Positions 49,957-60,467 are shown, counted from the whole stretch's first letter. The stretch is DNA of 61,666 bases, filler included, from an uncultured bacterium (GCA_964637655.1; 6 parts of 6 records of this genome joined end to end with filler, not necessarily neighbours in it), one strand, 5' to 3'. Notes: a model not told the origin generated them from the sequence alone. Numbers and translations are program-made.

Positions 49957-51300
49957 CTACGCTCCTTGCCCGGCGCGCGCCGTGACGCGCACCAGTTCGC
50001 CGCCCGTCGCCATGCCTTCAGCAACGCGCTGGCCCACCACCCAGATGATCTCGTCCCGTCCTTCGTCCACCAGCAGCGGCACCCGGTCGCGCAGAAAGCG
50101 CGGGATACCCTGCGCGGGGAGGAAGTCCTGCAGCTTCTGCGAGTGCCCGTCCATTCCCGCCGGACGGAACCGGTCGCCGTCACGCCGCGCGCGCACCGTG
50201 AAGGGCCCGCGCAGCGCGCTGCGGCTGAAGACCGCCGCATGCTCAGGCAGGTCAGTCGCCCCGCCGGCCGTCTCGCTGGTCAGCGTGAAGCCCCAGCCCG
50301 CCGCCGTCTCCGTCCCCTGCAGGCGCACACTCACCGCCGGCAGCGCACACTGCGGGCGGAACACATATACCCGCCCGCGCCACTGCTCCGCTGCCAGCGT
50401 TTCCGTCTCCCAGTGCGGTGCTGCCGTGAACACAAAACGCTCCAGTTCGGCGAACCGCGCGCGATCAGGCGCCGCCACGCCGAGCAGGGCACACACCTCC
50501 TGCCACCAGTAATGACGTTCAAGGCGATGATACTTTGTCAGCGTCTCCCTGTCAATATAAATGTATCCCCCGCTGAGGCCCTGCATCGCCTGCGCCTGTG
50601 CCCGGCGCCGCAGCACCTCGTCAGCATCACGCGCAACTTCAGTAAATTTAAGGAGATGTTCCTGCCATGCCGGGTTGATAGTGGCCGCCATCTCCGGGAA
50701 ACGGTGCCTGATGACGTTGCGCGCGTAGGCGTCACTGTCATTGCTGCTGTCCTGCGCGAACGGGACGCCTCCTGCCCCGCAGTAAGCAACGAGTTGCGCG
50801 TGGGTACAGGTCAGCAGCGGGCGCAGCAGCAGCACGTCGCGGTACAGGGATGCCCCCTGCATCCCCGACGCCCCGGCCAGTCCCGCCCCGCGCAGCAGAT
50901 GCAGCAGCATGGTCTCCGTCTGGTCGTCCGCATGATGCCCCAGCGCGATGGCCGCGGGTGGCGGGGCGTCAGCCAGCGCCGCGCGCGCCGCTTCGAGGCG
51001 CACCGTCCGCGCCTGCGCCTGCAGGTTGCCTGTTGCTTCCAGCTGCACCCGCTGCACGAGCAGCGGGAGGTCATGCTGCCGCGCCCACTGCTCCACCAGC
51101 GCGGTCTCCTGCTCCGCTTCGGGGCGCAGCCCGTAATTGACATGCACCAGCCCGAGCTGGAAAGAGAATTCCGTGCGCAGCTGCCGCAGGGTATCCGCCA
51201 GCGCCATCGAGTCGGCGCCACCCGACACGAGGACCGCGAGGCGCGCGGGGCGCTGCCCGACCGGCAGCCGTTCGATGAATTGTCGCACCACCTGCAGCAT
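49957..51300 (-). CDS. tilS: tRNA(Ile)-lysidine synthase
   Basis: SGGADS, HVNYGLR, GHHADDQTET, RPLL, DSSN, RNVIRH. Confidence 0.95.
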   Translation of the reverse strand: MLQVVRQFIERLPVGQRPARLAVLVSGGADSMALADTLRQLRTEFSFQLGLVHVNYGLRPEAEQETALVEQWARQHDLPLLVQRVQLEATGNLQAQARTVRLEAARAALADAPPPAAIALGHHADDQTETMLLHLLRGAGLAGASGMQGASLYRDVLLLRPLLTCTHAQLVAYCGAGGVPFAQDSSNDSDAYARNVIRHRFPEMAATINPAWQEHLLKFTEVARDADEVLRRRAQAQAMQGLSGGYIYIDRETLTKYHRLERHYWWQEVCALLGVAAPDRARFAELERFVFTAAPHWETETLAAEQWRGRVYVFRPQCALPAVSVRLQGTETAAGWGFTLTSETAGGATDLPEHAAVFSRSALRGPFTVRARRDGDRFRPAGMDGHSQKLQDFLPAQGIPRFLRDRVPLLVDEGRDEIIWVVGQRVAEGMATGGELVRVTARAGQGA

Positions 51301-51312
51301 ACTCTACCTTTG

Positions 51313-51340
51313 GGGGACGGAGCTCAAGTTATTAAGTTAT
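51313..51340. repeat. Single arm of the 36363 MITE in the tilS leader
   Basis: GGGGACGGAGCTCAAGTTATTAAGTTAT identical to 36363-36390. Confidence 0.85.
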
Positions 51341-51421
51341 TGCAGTATACCTCTTGCCGCGCGTGCTGTAAAACTGCTATAGTTGCCGCATGAAGCGGAT
51401 TGGCCTTGCCGTCGTGCTTCT

Positions 51422-51521
51422 NNNNNNNNNNNNNNNNNNNNNNNNNNNNNNNNNNNNNNNNNNNNTTAATTAATTAANNNNNNNNNNNNNNNNNNNNNNN
51501 NNNNNNNNNNNNNNNNNNNNN
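51422..51521. other. Artificial contig linker
   Basis: N-run with TTAATTAATTAA. Confidence 0.99.
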
Positions 51522-51522
51522 G

Positions 51523-51750
51523 CTGCTCGGGCGGCAGCTGGCGGTGCTGGCAACGGTGTTCAACCCCGCGGCCATCTTCATCGGCGGCGGCATTGCGCGC
51601 GACGCGGCGCAATTCCTGCCGCCGGCACGACGCGCGGCGGCGAGCATCGCCTGGCGCCCGTCGTGGCGCGCGCTGCGCGTGCGGCCGGCGCATCCGGAAG
51701 CGGGTATCCTTGGCGCGGCGGCAGTCGCCCTGCAGGGACTGGAGCAGTGA
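51523..51750 (+). CDS. ROK family protein C-terminus (truncated)
   Basis: FNPAAIFIGGGIA, AGILGAA. Confidence 0.75.
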   Translation: MLGRQLAVLATVFNPAAIFIGGGIARDAAQFLPPARRAAASIAWRPSWRALRVRPAHPEAGILGAAAVALQGLEQ

Positions 51751-52679
51751 TGAAGAAACTCTCGGTGGTCATCCCGGTGCATAACGAGGAGGCAAATATC
51801 GCGCCGCTGGCGGCGGAACTGGCGGCGGTGCTGCGGCCGCTGGCGGTGCCGGCGGAGATTATCTTCGTCGATGACGGTTCGACGGACGGCACCGCAGCGG
51901 CGGTACGCGCGCTGGGCAACGTCTCGCTGGTGCGCCTGCGCGCGCGGCGCGGCAAGAGCGCCGCCTACAGCGCCGGGTTTGCCGCGGCTGACGGTGACAT
52001 CATCGTCACCATGGACGGCGACCTGCAGGACGATCCGCGCGACCTGCCGGCGCTGCTCGCGCCGCTGCGTGACGGGGCCGACCTGGTCAACGGCGCCAAG
52101 ACGGGGGCGCATGACGCGGGCAAACCGCTCACCTCGCGCCTGTTCAATGCCGTGGTCGGTCTCTGCAGCGGGTTGCGCCTGCGCGACCTCAACTGTCCCT
52201 TCAAGGCCTACCGCGCAGAGGTGGCCAAGTCGCTCGAACTGCACGGCGAACTCTTCCGCTTCATCCCGCTCTTCGCGCACCTGCGCGGCGTCCGCGTCGT
52301 CGAGGTCCCGGTCGCCAACCGCCTGCGGCGCAGAGGGCGCTCGAAGTACGGCCCGGGGAAACTGCTGCACGGGCTGCTCGATCTGATTACCGTGCTGTTC
52401 CTCTATCATTACCACCTGCGTCCGCTGCACCTGTTCGGCGGCAGCGGGCTCATCCTCGGGACCACCGGGTTCGCCATCAATTTCGGGCTGTCGCTGCGCT
52501 ACCTCATGAACGGCACCATCGGCGACCACAAGCCGCTGCTCATGGCAGGCATCCTGCTGCTGATTGTCGGGGTGCAACTGGTCTCCACCGGACTGCTCGG
52601 CGAGATGGTGGCGCGCGGGCAGGCAGCAGGACGGCGCGACTACGACGTGGTCGAGGAGTTGCACCGCGGGCGTGCCTGA
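51750..52679 (+). CDS. GT2 (ArnC/GtrB-like polyprenyl-phosphate glycosyltransferase)
   Basis: SVVIPVHNEE, VDDGSTD, MDGDLQDDP, two C-terminal TMs. Confidence 0.92.
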   Translation: MKKLSVVIPVHNEEANIAPLAAELAAVLRPLAVPAEIIFVDDGSTDGTAAAVRALGNVSLVRLRARRGKSAAYSAGFAAADGDIIVTMDGDLQDDPRDLPALLAPLRDGADLVNGAKTGAHDAGKPLTSRLFNAVVGLCSGLRLRDLNCPFKAYRAEVAKSLELHGELFRFIPLFAHLRGVRVVEVPVANRLRRRGRSKYGPGKLLHGLLDLITVLFLYHYHLRPLHLFGGSGLILGTTGFAINFGLSLRYLMNGTIGDHKPLLMAGILLLIVGVQLVSTGLLGEMVARGQAAGRRDYDVVEELHRGRA

Positions 52680-52694
52680 CGCGGTGACCTGCTG

Positions 52695-53981
52695 ATGCCG
52701 ACCCGCGGCTGGCTGCTGCCGCTGCTCATGCTGGCGCTGGCCCTGCGCCTGGCCGGGCTCGGGCACTGGTCGCTGTGGAACGACGAAATCGCCACAGTAC
52801 AGGAGGCGCAGCATCTCTTTGCCTACGGCGGGGCGCAGCGGTACCCGGTCAATTACCTGCTGACTGCCGCGTCGTTTGCGGTACTGGGCGATAACGCGGT
52901 GGCGGCGCGGCTCCTTCCCGCGGTCGGCGGGGCGCTGACGGTATGGGCGGTCTACCTGCTCGCGGGCATACTTTTCGGGCGTGCCACCGCGGTCATGGCG
53001 GCCGCGCTGCTCAGCGTGCATGCCTATCATCTCTTCTGGTCGCAGAACGCGCGGCATTACGCGCTGCTGGTGCTGCTGCTCACGCTGTTTCTCTACCGCA
53101 TCTATCGCGCCCGGCGCACGGGCACGCCGCTCGGCTGGGGCTGGGGGCTGTTCCTGCTGGCGGTGCTGACGCACACCACCGCGGTGCTGGCGCTTCCCGC
53201 GGTGCTGCTGCTCAAGCAGCAGCGGCTCAAACAGTATTTCGTGCCGCTGGCGGCGCTGACCGCCGGGATTATCATCGCCTGCTTTGCCTGGGAGCCGCTG
53301 CGCACCGTCACCGTCGACCGCCTGCAGGCGGGGCGTTCGTGGGGCGGCGACGCGGCCTACGTGCTGGCCGCGGTGGTCTACTACTTCAACCCGGTGGTGC
53401 TGCTGCTCGCCTGGCTGGGGTGGAAGAACGTGCCCGATTGCCGCAGCCATCACCTCGCGCTCTGGTGCATCATTCCCGTCGCCGCGCTGCTGGTCTTCAG
53501 TTTCTTCGGCGATGTCAACGCCGCCTACGCGCTCTTCGCGCTCCCCGTGGTGCTGGTGCTGGCCGCGGCCGGTATCACGCAGTCGCGCCGGCCGGCGCTG
53601 CTGGCGGTGGTGGCGCTGCTCGCCCTGCTGCCGCAACTCTGGTGGTACTACCACGGGTTCGGGCAGCGCCCGCGCTACCGCGAGGCGGCGCGCTTCCTCG
53701 CGCACTACCAGGCGCTGCGCGGGGAGGTGCGGACGACGATGACGTCGCTGCCGCGCACGCTTCCCTACTATCTCGCGACCCCCGTGGTCGGCATTACCGC
53801 TGACCCGGAAATGCTCAGCGATATCTATGTTGTCGAGGACCGCGATTTTGCCTACCTTGATGCCGACGGGCGGGTGCGGGAAATGCTGCGGACGCGGGGT
53901 GAGGAACTGCTGCGCCTGCCGGCGCGCACCCCGGTGCGTGACAACACCCTGACCGTGTACCGCATTCCGCCGCGGGAATAA
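52695..53981 (+). CDS. GT-C (ArnT/GT39-like) membrane glycosyltransferase
   Basis: SLWNDE, ARL, SQNARHY, multi-TM. Confidence 0.85.
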   Translation: MPTRGWLLPLLMLALALRLAGLGHWSLWNDEIATVQEAQHLFAYGGAQRYPVNYLLTAASFAVLGDNAVAARLLPAVGGALTVWAVYLLAGILFGRATAVMAAALLSVHAYHLFWSQNARHYALLVLLLTLFLYRIYRARRTGTPLGWGWGLFLLAVLTHTTAVLALPAVLLLKQQRLKQYFVPLAALTAGIIIACFAWEPLRTVTVDRLQAGRSWGGDAAYVLAAVVYYFNPVVLLLAWLGWKNVPDCRSHHLALWCIIPVAALLVFSFFGDVNAAYALFALPVVLVLAAAGITQSRRPALLAVVALLALLPQLWWYYHGFGQRPRYREAARFLAHYQALRGEVRTTMTSLPRTLPYYLATPVVGITADPEMLSDIYVVEDRDFAYLDADGRVREMLRTRGEELLRLPARTPVRDNTLTVYRIPPRE

Positions 53982-53983
53982 GC

Positions 53984-54994
53984 ATGCTGGCTTTTGACGC
54001 GACGGCACTGGGTGAGGAGGCGGGTGGTTATACCCGCTACACGCAGCGGCTGATCGGGCCGCTGGCGCAGCGCGTGCCGCTGACGCTGCTGCACCGCCCG
54101 CAGTTCACCCCGCCGGATGGCATCAGCGCCCGCGTCTCGCCGCACCGCAACCGTCTGCTCACCGAACTGCTCTGGCTGCCGCGCGCGGCGCGTGATGCGG
54201 CAGTGGTGCACATCCCCGCCTATGCCGGCCCGGTCATCGGGCTCGAGGGGCGGCGTATGGTGCTGACGCTGCATGACGCGACGCAGTGGCACGGCGGCAG
54301 CCGGCTGACGCGCGACGCGCTCTACTGGCGCACGGTACTGCCGCGCACGCTGGCCCGGGTGCGGCGCATCGTCACTGATTCACACGCCGCGGCGGCGGCC
54401 ATCGCCGCCCATGACCGCACCCTGGTGTCGCGCCTGCGCGTCGTCTATCCCGGGGTCGAGGCGCTCCCCGCCGGTGAACTGCCGGCGGGCGTGCCGCATG
54501 ACGGGTATGTGCTGATGGTCGGCATCCAGCCGGCGCGTAAGCGCGCCGCGCTTGCCCTGCAGGTGGCGGCGCTGCTGCCGGATATCCCGTTTGTCTTTGC
54601 CGGGCGCGGCGCGCTGCCCGCGGCTTTGCCGCTCAACGGCAGGCATGTCGGGGAGGTGAGCGACGGCGAACTGGGCGCGCTCTACCGGCACGCCACGCTG
54701 CTGCTCTACCCGTCGGCGGAGGAGGGGTTCGGCCTGCCGCCGCTCGAAGCGCACCTGCACGGGTGCGCGGTGCTCGCCGCACCGTCAGCGGCAGTGCGTG
54801 AGGTGGCGGGCGAGGCCTGCTGCTTTGTCGACGGTGACGAACCGCGCGCGTGGGCGGAGTCGGTGACGGCGTTGTGGCGTGACGCAACGGAACGGCAGCA
54901 GCGCGCGGTGCGCGGTGCACAGCGCGCGCGGGAGTTCACCTGGGAGGCGGCAGCGGACGGGCTGGTCGCGGTCTATCGCGAGTGCGGTCTGTGA
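53984..54994 (+). CDS. GT4 glycosyltransferase
   Basis: TLHD, TDS, YPG, EGFGLPPLEA. Confidence 0.9.
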   Translation: MLAFDATALGEEAGGYTRYTQRLIGPLAQRVPLTLLHRPQFTPPDGISARVSPHRNRLLTELLWLPRAARDAAVVHIPAYAGPVIGLEGRRMVLTLHDATQWHGGSRLTRDALYWRTVLPRTLARVRRIVTDSHAAAAAIAAHDRTLVSRLRVVYPGVEALPAGELPAGVPHDGYVLMVGIQPARKRAALALQVAALLPDIPFVFAGRGALPAALPLNGRHVGEVSDGELGALYRHATLLLYPSAEEGFGLPPLEAHLHGCAVLAAPSAAVREVAGEACCFVDGDEPRAWAESVTALWRDATERQQRAVRGAQRAREFTWEAAADGLVAVYRECGL

Positions 54995-56133
54995 AACTTC
55001 TCTGGCTGGCGCCGGCGCTCCCCTGGCCGTTGCAGAGCGGCGAGAAACTGCGCAGCTACCACCTGGCACGGCGCGTGGCACGGCAGCACACTGTCACCAT
55101 GGTCGCTCCGGTTGGCGATTTTGCGGCGGCGCGGGCGCTGACGGAAGCCGGTATCCGCGTGCTGCGCGCGGGCCGCCGCCTGCCCGCGCCGGCAGCGGTG
55201 CTCGCGGGCTGGCAGCGCGCGCTGCCGGCGACGGTGGCGCGCTACTGCGGCAGCGCAGTGCGGGCCGCGGTGCGCGAACTGCTGGCCGGCGAAACCTTCG
55301 ACCTCGTCTACCTCGATCACCTGCAGATGACGGGTCTGAGCAGGGAACTCGCGGGTATCCCCTGCTGGCTCGACGAGCACAATCTGGAGAGCCGCCTGTG
55401 GGAACGCTACGCGGCGACCCGCGGCCTGCTCTGGCGGCGGGAGGCGCAGCGGTTGCGCGCCTGGGAGCAGCGGGTGCTGGCGCAGGTGCGCGGTGTGTCG
55501 GTGACATCGGCGGATGATCTGCGGGCGGCCCAAACCCTGCAGCCGGCAGGCAGCTACTGTGTCGTGCCGAATGCGACCGATGTCGCGTACTGGCGTACGC
55601 AGCCGCGCACCCCGGGAAATGAACTGCTGCTCACCGGGTCGCTCGACTGGCCGCCCAACCGCGACGGTATTGACTGGTTCATCACGCACGCCTGGCCGCA
55701 GGCGCGCGCGCGCGGCCTGACGGCGCGCGTGGTCGGGAGCAATCCGCCACCGGCGTTCGTTGCGCATTGCGCGGAGGCGGGCATCCCGGTCGACGCGAAT
55801 GTTCCTACGCTGCAGCCGTATTACGCGCGGGCGCGGGCGGTACTGGTGCCGTTGCAGGTCGGCGGCGGGACGCGGCTCAAGGTGGTGGAGGCGTTCGCCG
55901 CGCGCGTGCCGGTCATCGCCACGGCGCTGGCGGTGGAGGGACTGCGCGCGGAGGCGGGTGTGCATTACCTGCCGGCGGAGACATCGGAACAGCTGCTCGA
56001 GTCGCTGCGCCTGACCGCGGACGCGGCGGCACTGGCGCGACTGACGGACGCGGCGCTGGCACATGTGGCGGAACATTTCGACTGGGAACAGAGCGCGGCC
56101 ACGCTGCTGGCGGCGCTGGAGCGGGTGCAGTGA
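54991..56133 (+). CDS. GT4 glycosyltransferase
   Basis: DEHNLES, VPNA, GSLDWPPN.DG, GGGTRLKVVEA. Confidence 0.9.
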   Translation: MKLLWLAPALPWPLQSGEKLRSYHLARRVARQHTVTMVAPVGDFAAARALTEAGIRVLRAGRRLPAPAAVLAGWQRALPATVARYCGSAVRAAVRELLAGETFDLVYLDHLQMTGLSRELAGIPCWLDEHNLESRLWERYAATRGLLWRREAQRLRAWEQRVLAQVRGVSVTSADDLRAAQTLQPAGSYCVVPNATDVAYWRTQPRTPGNELLLTGSLDWPPNRDGIDWFITHAWPQARARGLTARVVGSNPPPAFVAHCAEAGIPVDANVPTLQPYYARARAVLVPLQVGGGTRLKVVEAFAARVPVIATALAVEGLRAEAGVHYLPAETSEQLLESLRLTADAAALARLTDAALAHVAEHFDWEQSAATLLAALERVQ

Positions 56134-57062
56134 AGGTCAGCGTCATCATTCCCGTCTATAACGAGGCGCGGCATATCGTTGCCTGCCTTGACGCGCTGCG
56201 GCAGCAGACACTGCCGGCAGCGGCATTCGAGGTTATCGTGGTCGATGGCGGCTCGACCGACGACACGCGGGCGCTGGCACAGCAGGCACGCGGGTGGACG
56301 GACGGACACCTGCGCGTGCTGGACAACCCGCAGCGGACAACGGCCAGCGGGCTGAACCTCGGGCTTGACGCGGCGCGCGGGGAGATTATCGCGCGGGTGG
56401 ACGGGCACAGCGTGGTACCGCCTGACTATCTGGCGGAACTCTGCGCGACGCTGGCTGACCCGGCGGTCTGGGCGGCCGGCGCGGCAGTGACCAATGCCGA
56501 TCCGTCGCCGCGCGCGGTCTCGGTCTGGGCGGCACTCACGTCATGGTTCGGCTGCGGCGGCTCGCCCTACCGGCAGCCGGGGGCGGTGCGCGACGTCGAG
56601 AGCGTGCAGGCGGCTGCCTACCGGCGCGAGGTGTTCGACCGTGTCGGGCGGTTTGACGAGACGATGCTGTACGCTGAGGATGACGAGTTCAATTTCCGGG
56701 TGCGGCAGGCGGGCGGCCGCATCGTGCTGCGCGGTGACCTGACCTTCGGCTATTTCCCGCGCACGACGTATGCGGGACTGGCGCGGCAGCTGTTCAACTA
56801 CGGGCGCGGGCGGGTGCGCATGCTGCGCAAGGCCGGGCGGCGGCCGCGCCTGAAGCACCTGCTGCCGGTGGCCTGGCTGCTGCTGCAGCCGCTGGTGCTG
56901 GTGACCCCGCTGTCGCTGCTCTGGCTGGCGGCCTGGGCGGTGTACCTCTGCCTGCTGGTGCTGGCCGACCCGCCGCGCCTGCTGCCGGCGCTGCTTATCT
57001 ATCCGCTGCTGCATTGCAGCTACGGGGCGGGGATGCTGCGGCAGTTCTGCGCCCGGCGGTAG
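56130..57062 (+). CDS. GT2 glycosyltransferase (ExoA-like)
   Basis: SVIIPVYNE, VDGGSTD, RVDGH, AEDDEFNFR, YGRGR. Confidence 0.9.
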   Translation: MKVSVIIPVYNEARHIVACLDALRQQTLPAAAFEVIVVDGGSTDDTRALAQQARGWTDGHLRVLDNPQRTTASGLNLGLDAARGEIIARVDGHSVVPPDYLAELCATLADPAVWAAGAAVTNADPSPRAVSVWAALTSWFGCGGSPYRQPGAVRDVESVQAAAYRREVFDRVGRFDETMLYAEDDEFNFRVRQAGGRIVLRGDLTFGYFPRTTYAGLARQLFNYGRGRVRMLRKAGRRPRLKHLLPVAWLLLQPLVLVTPLSLLWLAAWAVYLCLLVLADPPRLLPALLIYPLLHCSYGAGMLRQFCARR

Positions 57063-57125
57063 CCGCGTGCGGCCGGGTATGCTACACTCATGGCGGGAGG
57101 GGCATCACCTGCGGGGAGTGTCCCG

Positions 57126-58577
57126 ATGATGCGCTGGTTGCTCTGTCTGCTGGTCCTGTTGCCGTCGCTGGTGCATGCTGCCGGTGAAATCCCCGTGGCG
57201 CGCACGCGCAGCATGGTGCCGATCACCCTGAACAATACCGAAAACGAGTTCGCGGCGCCGCCGGCGCCCCCCGTGCTGCGCCCGCTGCCGGTACCGGAAC
57301 CGGTGCCCCCGCTGCCGGCGCCAGTGCCACCGCCGGTACCTGCCCCGGTCCCGGCGGAACTACCGGTCAGCGCGGTGCCGACAGACCCGGAAGAGTACTA
57401 CGTCTATTGTGTCGATCAGGTACTGGCGCAGCCGCAGGATGCGGAGCGCAATTTCCAGCTCGGGCTGGCGGCGCAGGCGGTCGGGCGCTACCCGCAGGCG
57501 GTGCTGGCGTTCGAGCGGACGCTGGCGCTGGAGCCGCGCTCGGATCGCGCGCGGCTCGAGCTGGGACGCACCTACCTTGCCATGGGGCAGCGCGACCGCG
57601 CGGAGGAATACTTCGCGGAAGTGCGCGCGCATGAACCGCCGGCGGCAGTCGAGGCCAACATCGACCGGTTGCTGGCGCAGGACGCGCAGCAGCGCAGCGT
57701 CTGGCAAGTGCACGGGTCGGCGGAACTGGGCGTGTTTTATGACGACAATACGAATGCCGGACTGAGTTCGTCGCAGGTGACACTCAACAACCTTCCGGTG
57801 TATTTGACCGAGGGACTTGCCCGGCCCGATCACGGGATGACAGAGGAAGTGACGCTGACGGCGACCCGCCCCATGCCCGATGCGCCGTGGGAATTTATTG
57901 CCGGCGCCATTGCCTATCAGAAACACCATTTCGATGAGGATGGCTCGAATCTCAGGTACCTGCGCGGACATGCCGGGTTCCGCTATCCGGCGCGCACGTG
58001 GGCGCTGCAGATACTGGCCAAAGGCGAATATGTCGGCCTGGATGAGCATTCTCTGGTCGGTATCATGGGGGTTGAACCGGCACTGGTGCTGCAGCTGCAG
58101 CCCGGGTTGCAGTCAGTGACGGCCGCGACGCTGGAACATCGCGAGCATCACGTGACGAGGTCACGCACGGGCAACTATTACGCGCTGGGCGAGACGCTGC
58201 ACTGGCAGTTTCTGCCCGGGCACACCGGACGTGTCGGGGCGCGCGCCTTCCGCGAATATGCCGGTGATGAACGCTACGAGAACCACGGGTGGGACGCGCA
58301 GCTCGGGGTGACCCTGACGCTGCCGGAGGCGGCCGGGACACTCGACGGGAGCATGCAGCGGCGGGTGACACACTACGATGCGCCGTCAACCAATGCCGTA
58401 ACCAACTGCCGTGACGACGGACAGTTCGACTACGCGCTGACCTGGCGGCGCGACCTGCCGTGGTGGCAGGGGTTCGGCGTGGAATGCGCCTACCGCCTGA
58501 CGATGAACAACTCCAACACCGACCTGCACGATTATCGCCGGGCGGTCTATAACGCCGCGGTCAACTACTCGTTCTGA
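57126..58577 (+). CDS. TPR + outer-membrane beta-barrel protein (DUF560/Slam-like)
   Basis: Signal peptide, Pro linker, TPRs (NFQLG..AFER..RARLELGR), GVFYDDNTNAG, C-terminal VNYSF beta-signal. Confidence 0.75.
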   Translation: MMRWLLCLLVLLPSLVHAAGEIPVARTRSMVPITLNNTENEFAAPPAPPVLRPLPVPEPVPPLPAPVPPPVPAPVPAELPVSAVPTDPEEYYVYCVDQVLAQPQDAERNFQLGLAAQAVGRYPQAVLAFERTLALEPRSDRARLELGRTYLAMGQRDRAEEYFAEVRAHEPPAAVEANIDRLLAQDAQQRSVWQVHGSAELGVFYDDNTNAGLSSSQVTLNNLPVYLTEGLARPDHGMTEEVTLTATRPMPDAPWEFIAGAIAYQKHHFDEDGSNLRYLRGHAGFRYPARTWALQILAKGEYVGLDEHSLVGIMGVEPALVLQLQPGLQSVTAATLEHREHHVTRSRTGNYYALGETLHWQFLPGHTGRVGARAFREYAGDERYENHGWDAQLGVTLTLPEAAGTLDGSMQRRVTHYDAPSTNAVTNCRDDGQFDYALTWRRDLPWWQGFGVECAYRLTMNNSNTDLHDYRRAVYNAAVNYSF

Positions 58578-58578
58578 A

Positions 58579-60372
58579 TCAGATGCCGCTGCGGTTGGTA
58601 TCCTCACCGGTGAAATTGCCGACCGCCTGCGCGCCGGTGGCGCTGCCGGTCCACGTGCCGCCGACATAAAGGCCGTCCGGGCCGAACGTGCTGCCGATGG
58701 CGGTGCCGGTCGCCGCACCCGTCGGGAAATTCCCGGTCGGGAAGGATATCTGGAATTCCCCGTTGCTGCCGAGCACCCCGCTGCCGTTGGTGAGCGTGAC
58801 ATTGTTCCCGGAAAAATCAAGGAAGGCGCCGCCAATGCTGTTGGCGGAGAAATCAATCTCGCAGAAGAAGGTGCCGCTGAGCGGGATCCCCGCATTGACC
58901 TGCTCGTAGTACATGCCGCAGGCACTGCCGCTGTAATTGCCGATGTAGGAATTCGTGCGCAGCGCGTCGAGTTCCGCCAGCGGGGTCTGCACTCCCAGCA
59001 CCTGATAGACGGGCGAAACCTGTGCATCAACCGAAAATGAGCCGGTAAGCGGAAAGACATAGCCCGGGTCATTCAGTTCCCAGTACCCCCATTCCATATG
59101 CACGTCGCCGGTGACCGGGCAGGTGTAGGCGCCCTCGTAGACATGGGTGCCGTGCACGCCGCCCGTCCAGCTGAGTACGGTGCCGCCGCCGGCATCGTAG
59201 ACGACATCGGTGATGGCACCAACGTCGCCTTCGGCCGAACCGCTGAGCGCGATTTCCGGGTTGCTGCCGACCCCGCCGATGTGCACCGTCGGGGCGAGAT
59301 TGTCACCGGCAATGGTGCGTCCCGGCGGGGTCTGGTAGGTGGCCCCGGGGACAAAACCGGGACCAGGGCTGCCGGCGGTATAGACGTTCACCCCTACCCC
59401 GTAATACCCGTGCGTGAAGGCGGCGCTGCCTGACGGGTATGAGGTGGTGGTGGTCGGGTCGTCGAGCGTGCTGCCGGCGATGTCGCCGGTGTTGTCTGCG
59501 GTAAAACCGGTCCCGGTGAACGTGGCATCGCCACCGGTTTCGAGTTCCCCGAACGTGCCGTCATCGCTGGTGGTGCCGTCACCGGTTGTGGTGAAACCGT
59601 CTTCGCCGGTGCCGTCGCCGGTACCGTCTTCCGTGCCGGTGCCGTCGGCCGGGTTGCTGCCGTCCTCAGTTCCCTCAGCGCCGCCGGGGAGGCCGGCATC
59701 GCCGTCACCGCTGCCGGAACTGCCGTCAGTGCCTGCACCGGCGTCGAAGCCGGTGGCCTGGTCCAGCGCCTGCAGTTCGCTGCCGGTCGCCGTGCGCACG
59801 TCGCCCAGCGTCCCGTCGGCACCGACATCGAGTGCCGCCCCGTCGAAGGTGAGCGACTGCATGCCGCCGCCCCCGCTGATGTCGACCTGGTGCCCCCCTT
59901 CGAGGTCGAGCGCATAATGCTGCTCGCCGTTCTCCCCGATGGTGTGCGCGGTCATCGTGCCGCGGATGCCGATGGTGGCGGCCGGGGTCTGCATGGTGAA
60001 CCCCTGCGGATTACGCTCGACGATGCGTCCCGAGACCATGCGGAAGGTGCCCTGGCCCATGGCGAACCGGGCGATGGCTTCGCGGTCGAACCGGTATTCC
60101 TGCACCCGCAGCCGGCTGTTGGGACCGAGTGAAAAAACGGTATGGTCGATGAACATCACCTGCACGCGGCTGCCGGCCGCGGTGGCAATCTCGTCCTGCA
60201 GGCCGACGGTGGCGCGCAGTGACAGCGGGCGCACCTGCCCGCCATTGACCGCGCTTACCTGACCCTGCAGGGCAATGACCCGGCCGACCTGTCCGGCAGG
60301 CAACTGTTCAGCGGCCAGGGGGGCGATACAGAGCAGGATGAGCAGTGTGAGACAGCAGACGGCTGTACGCAC
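58579..60372 (-). CDS. Secreted FecR-domain protein with acidic linker and C-terminal TbpB-like barrel
   Basis: Signal peptide; FecR (VQVMFIDHT..LGPNS, TPAATIGIRGT); D/G/T-rich linker; IDFS..GSTFGPDG..VGGTW..GNF. Confidence 0.75.
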   Translation of the reverse strand: MRTAVCCLTLLILLCIAPLAAEQLPAGQVGRVIALQGQVSAVNGGQVRPLSLRATVGLQDEIATAAGSRVQVMFIDHTVFSLGPNSRLRVQEYRFDREAIARFAMGQGTFRMVSGRIVERNPQGFTMQTPAATIGIRGTMTAHTIGENGEQHYALDLEGGHQVDISGGGGMQSLTFDGAALDVGADGTLGDVRTATGSELQALDQATGFDAGAGTDGSSGSGDGDAGLPGGAEGTEDGSNPADGTGTEDGTGDGTGEDGFTTTGDGTTSDDGTFGELETGGDATFTGTGFTADNTGDIAGSTLDDPTTTTSYPSGSAAFTHGYYGVGVNVYTAGSPGPGFVPGATYQTPPGRTIAGDNLAPTVHIGGVGSNPEIALSGSAEGDVGAITDVVYDAGGGTVLSWTGGVHGTHVYEGAYTCPVTGDVHMEWGYWELNDPGYVFPLTGSFSVDAQVSPVYQVLGVQTPLAELDALRTNSYIGNYSGSACGMYYEQVNAGIPLSGTFFCEIDFSANSIGGAFLDFSGNNVTLTNGSGVLGSNGEFQISFPTGNFPTGAATGTAIGSTFGPDGLYVGGTWTGSATGAQAVGNFTGEDTNRSGI

Positions 60373-60467
60373 GGGGCACCTCGTCAGTGAAATTGGCAAG
60401 GCAAGCATACCGCGTTCCGGTGGCAGCGTCAACCGGGATATGCTACAAGCGGGCGCAGGAGGCGGGT

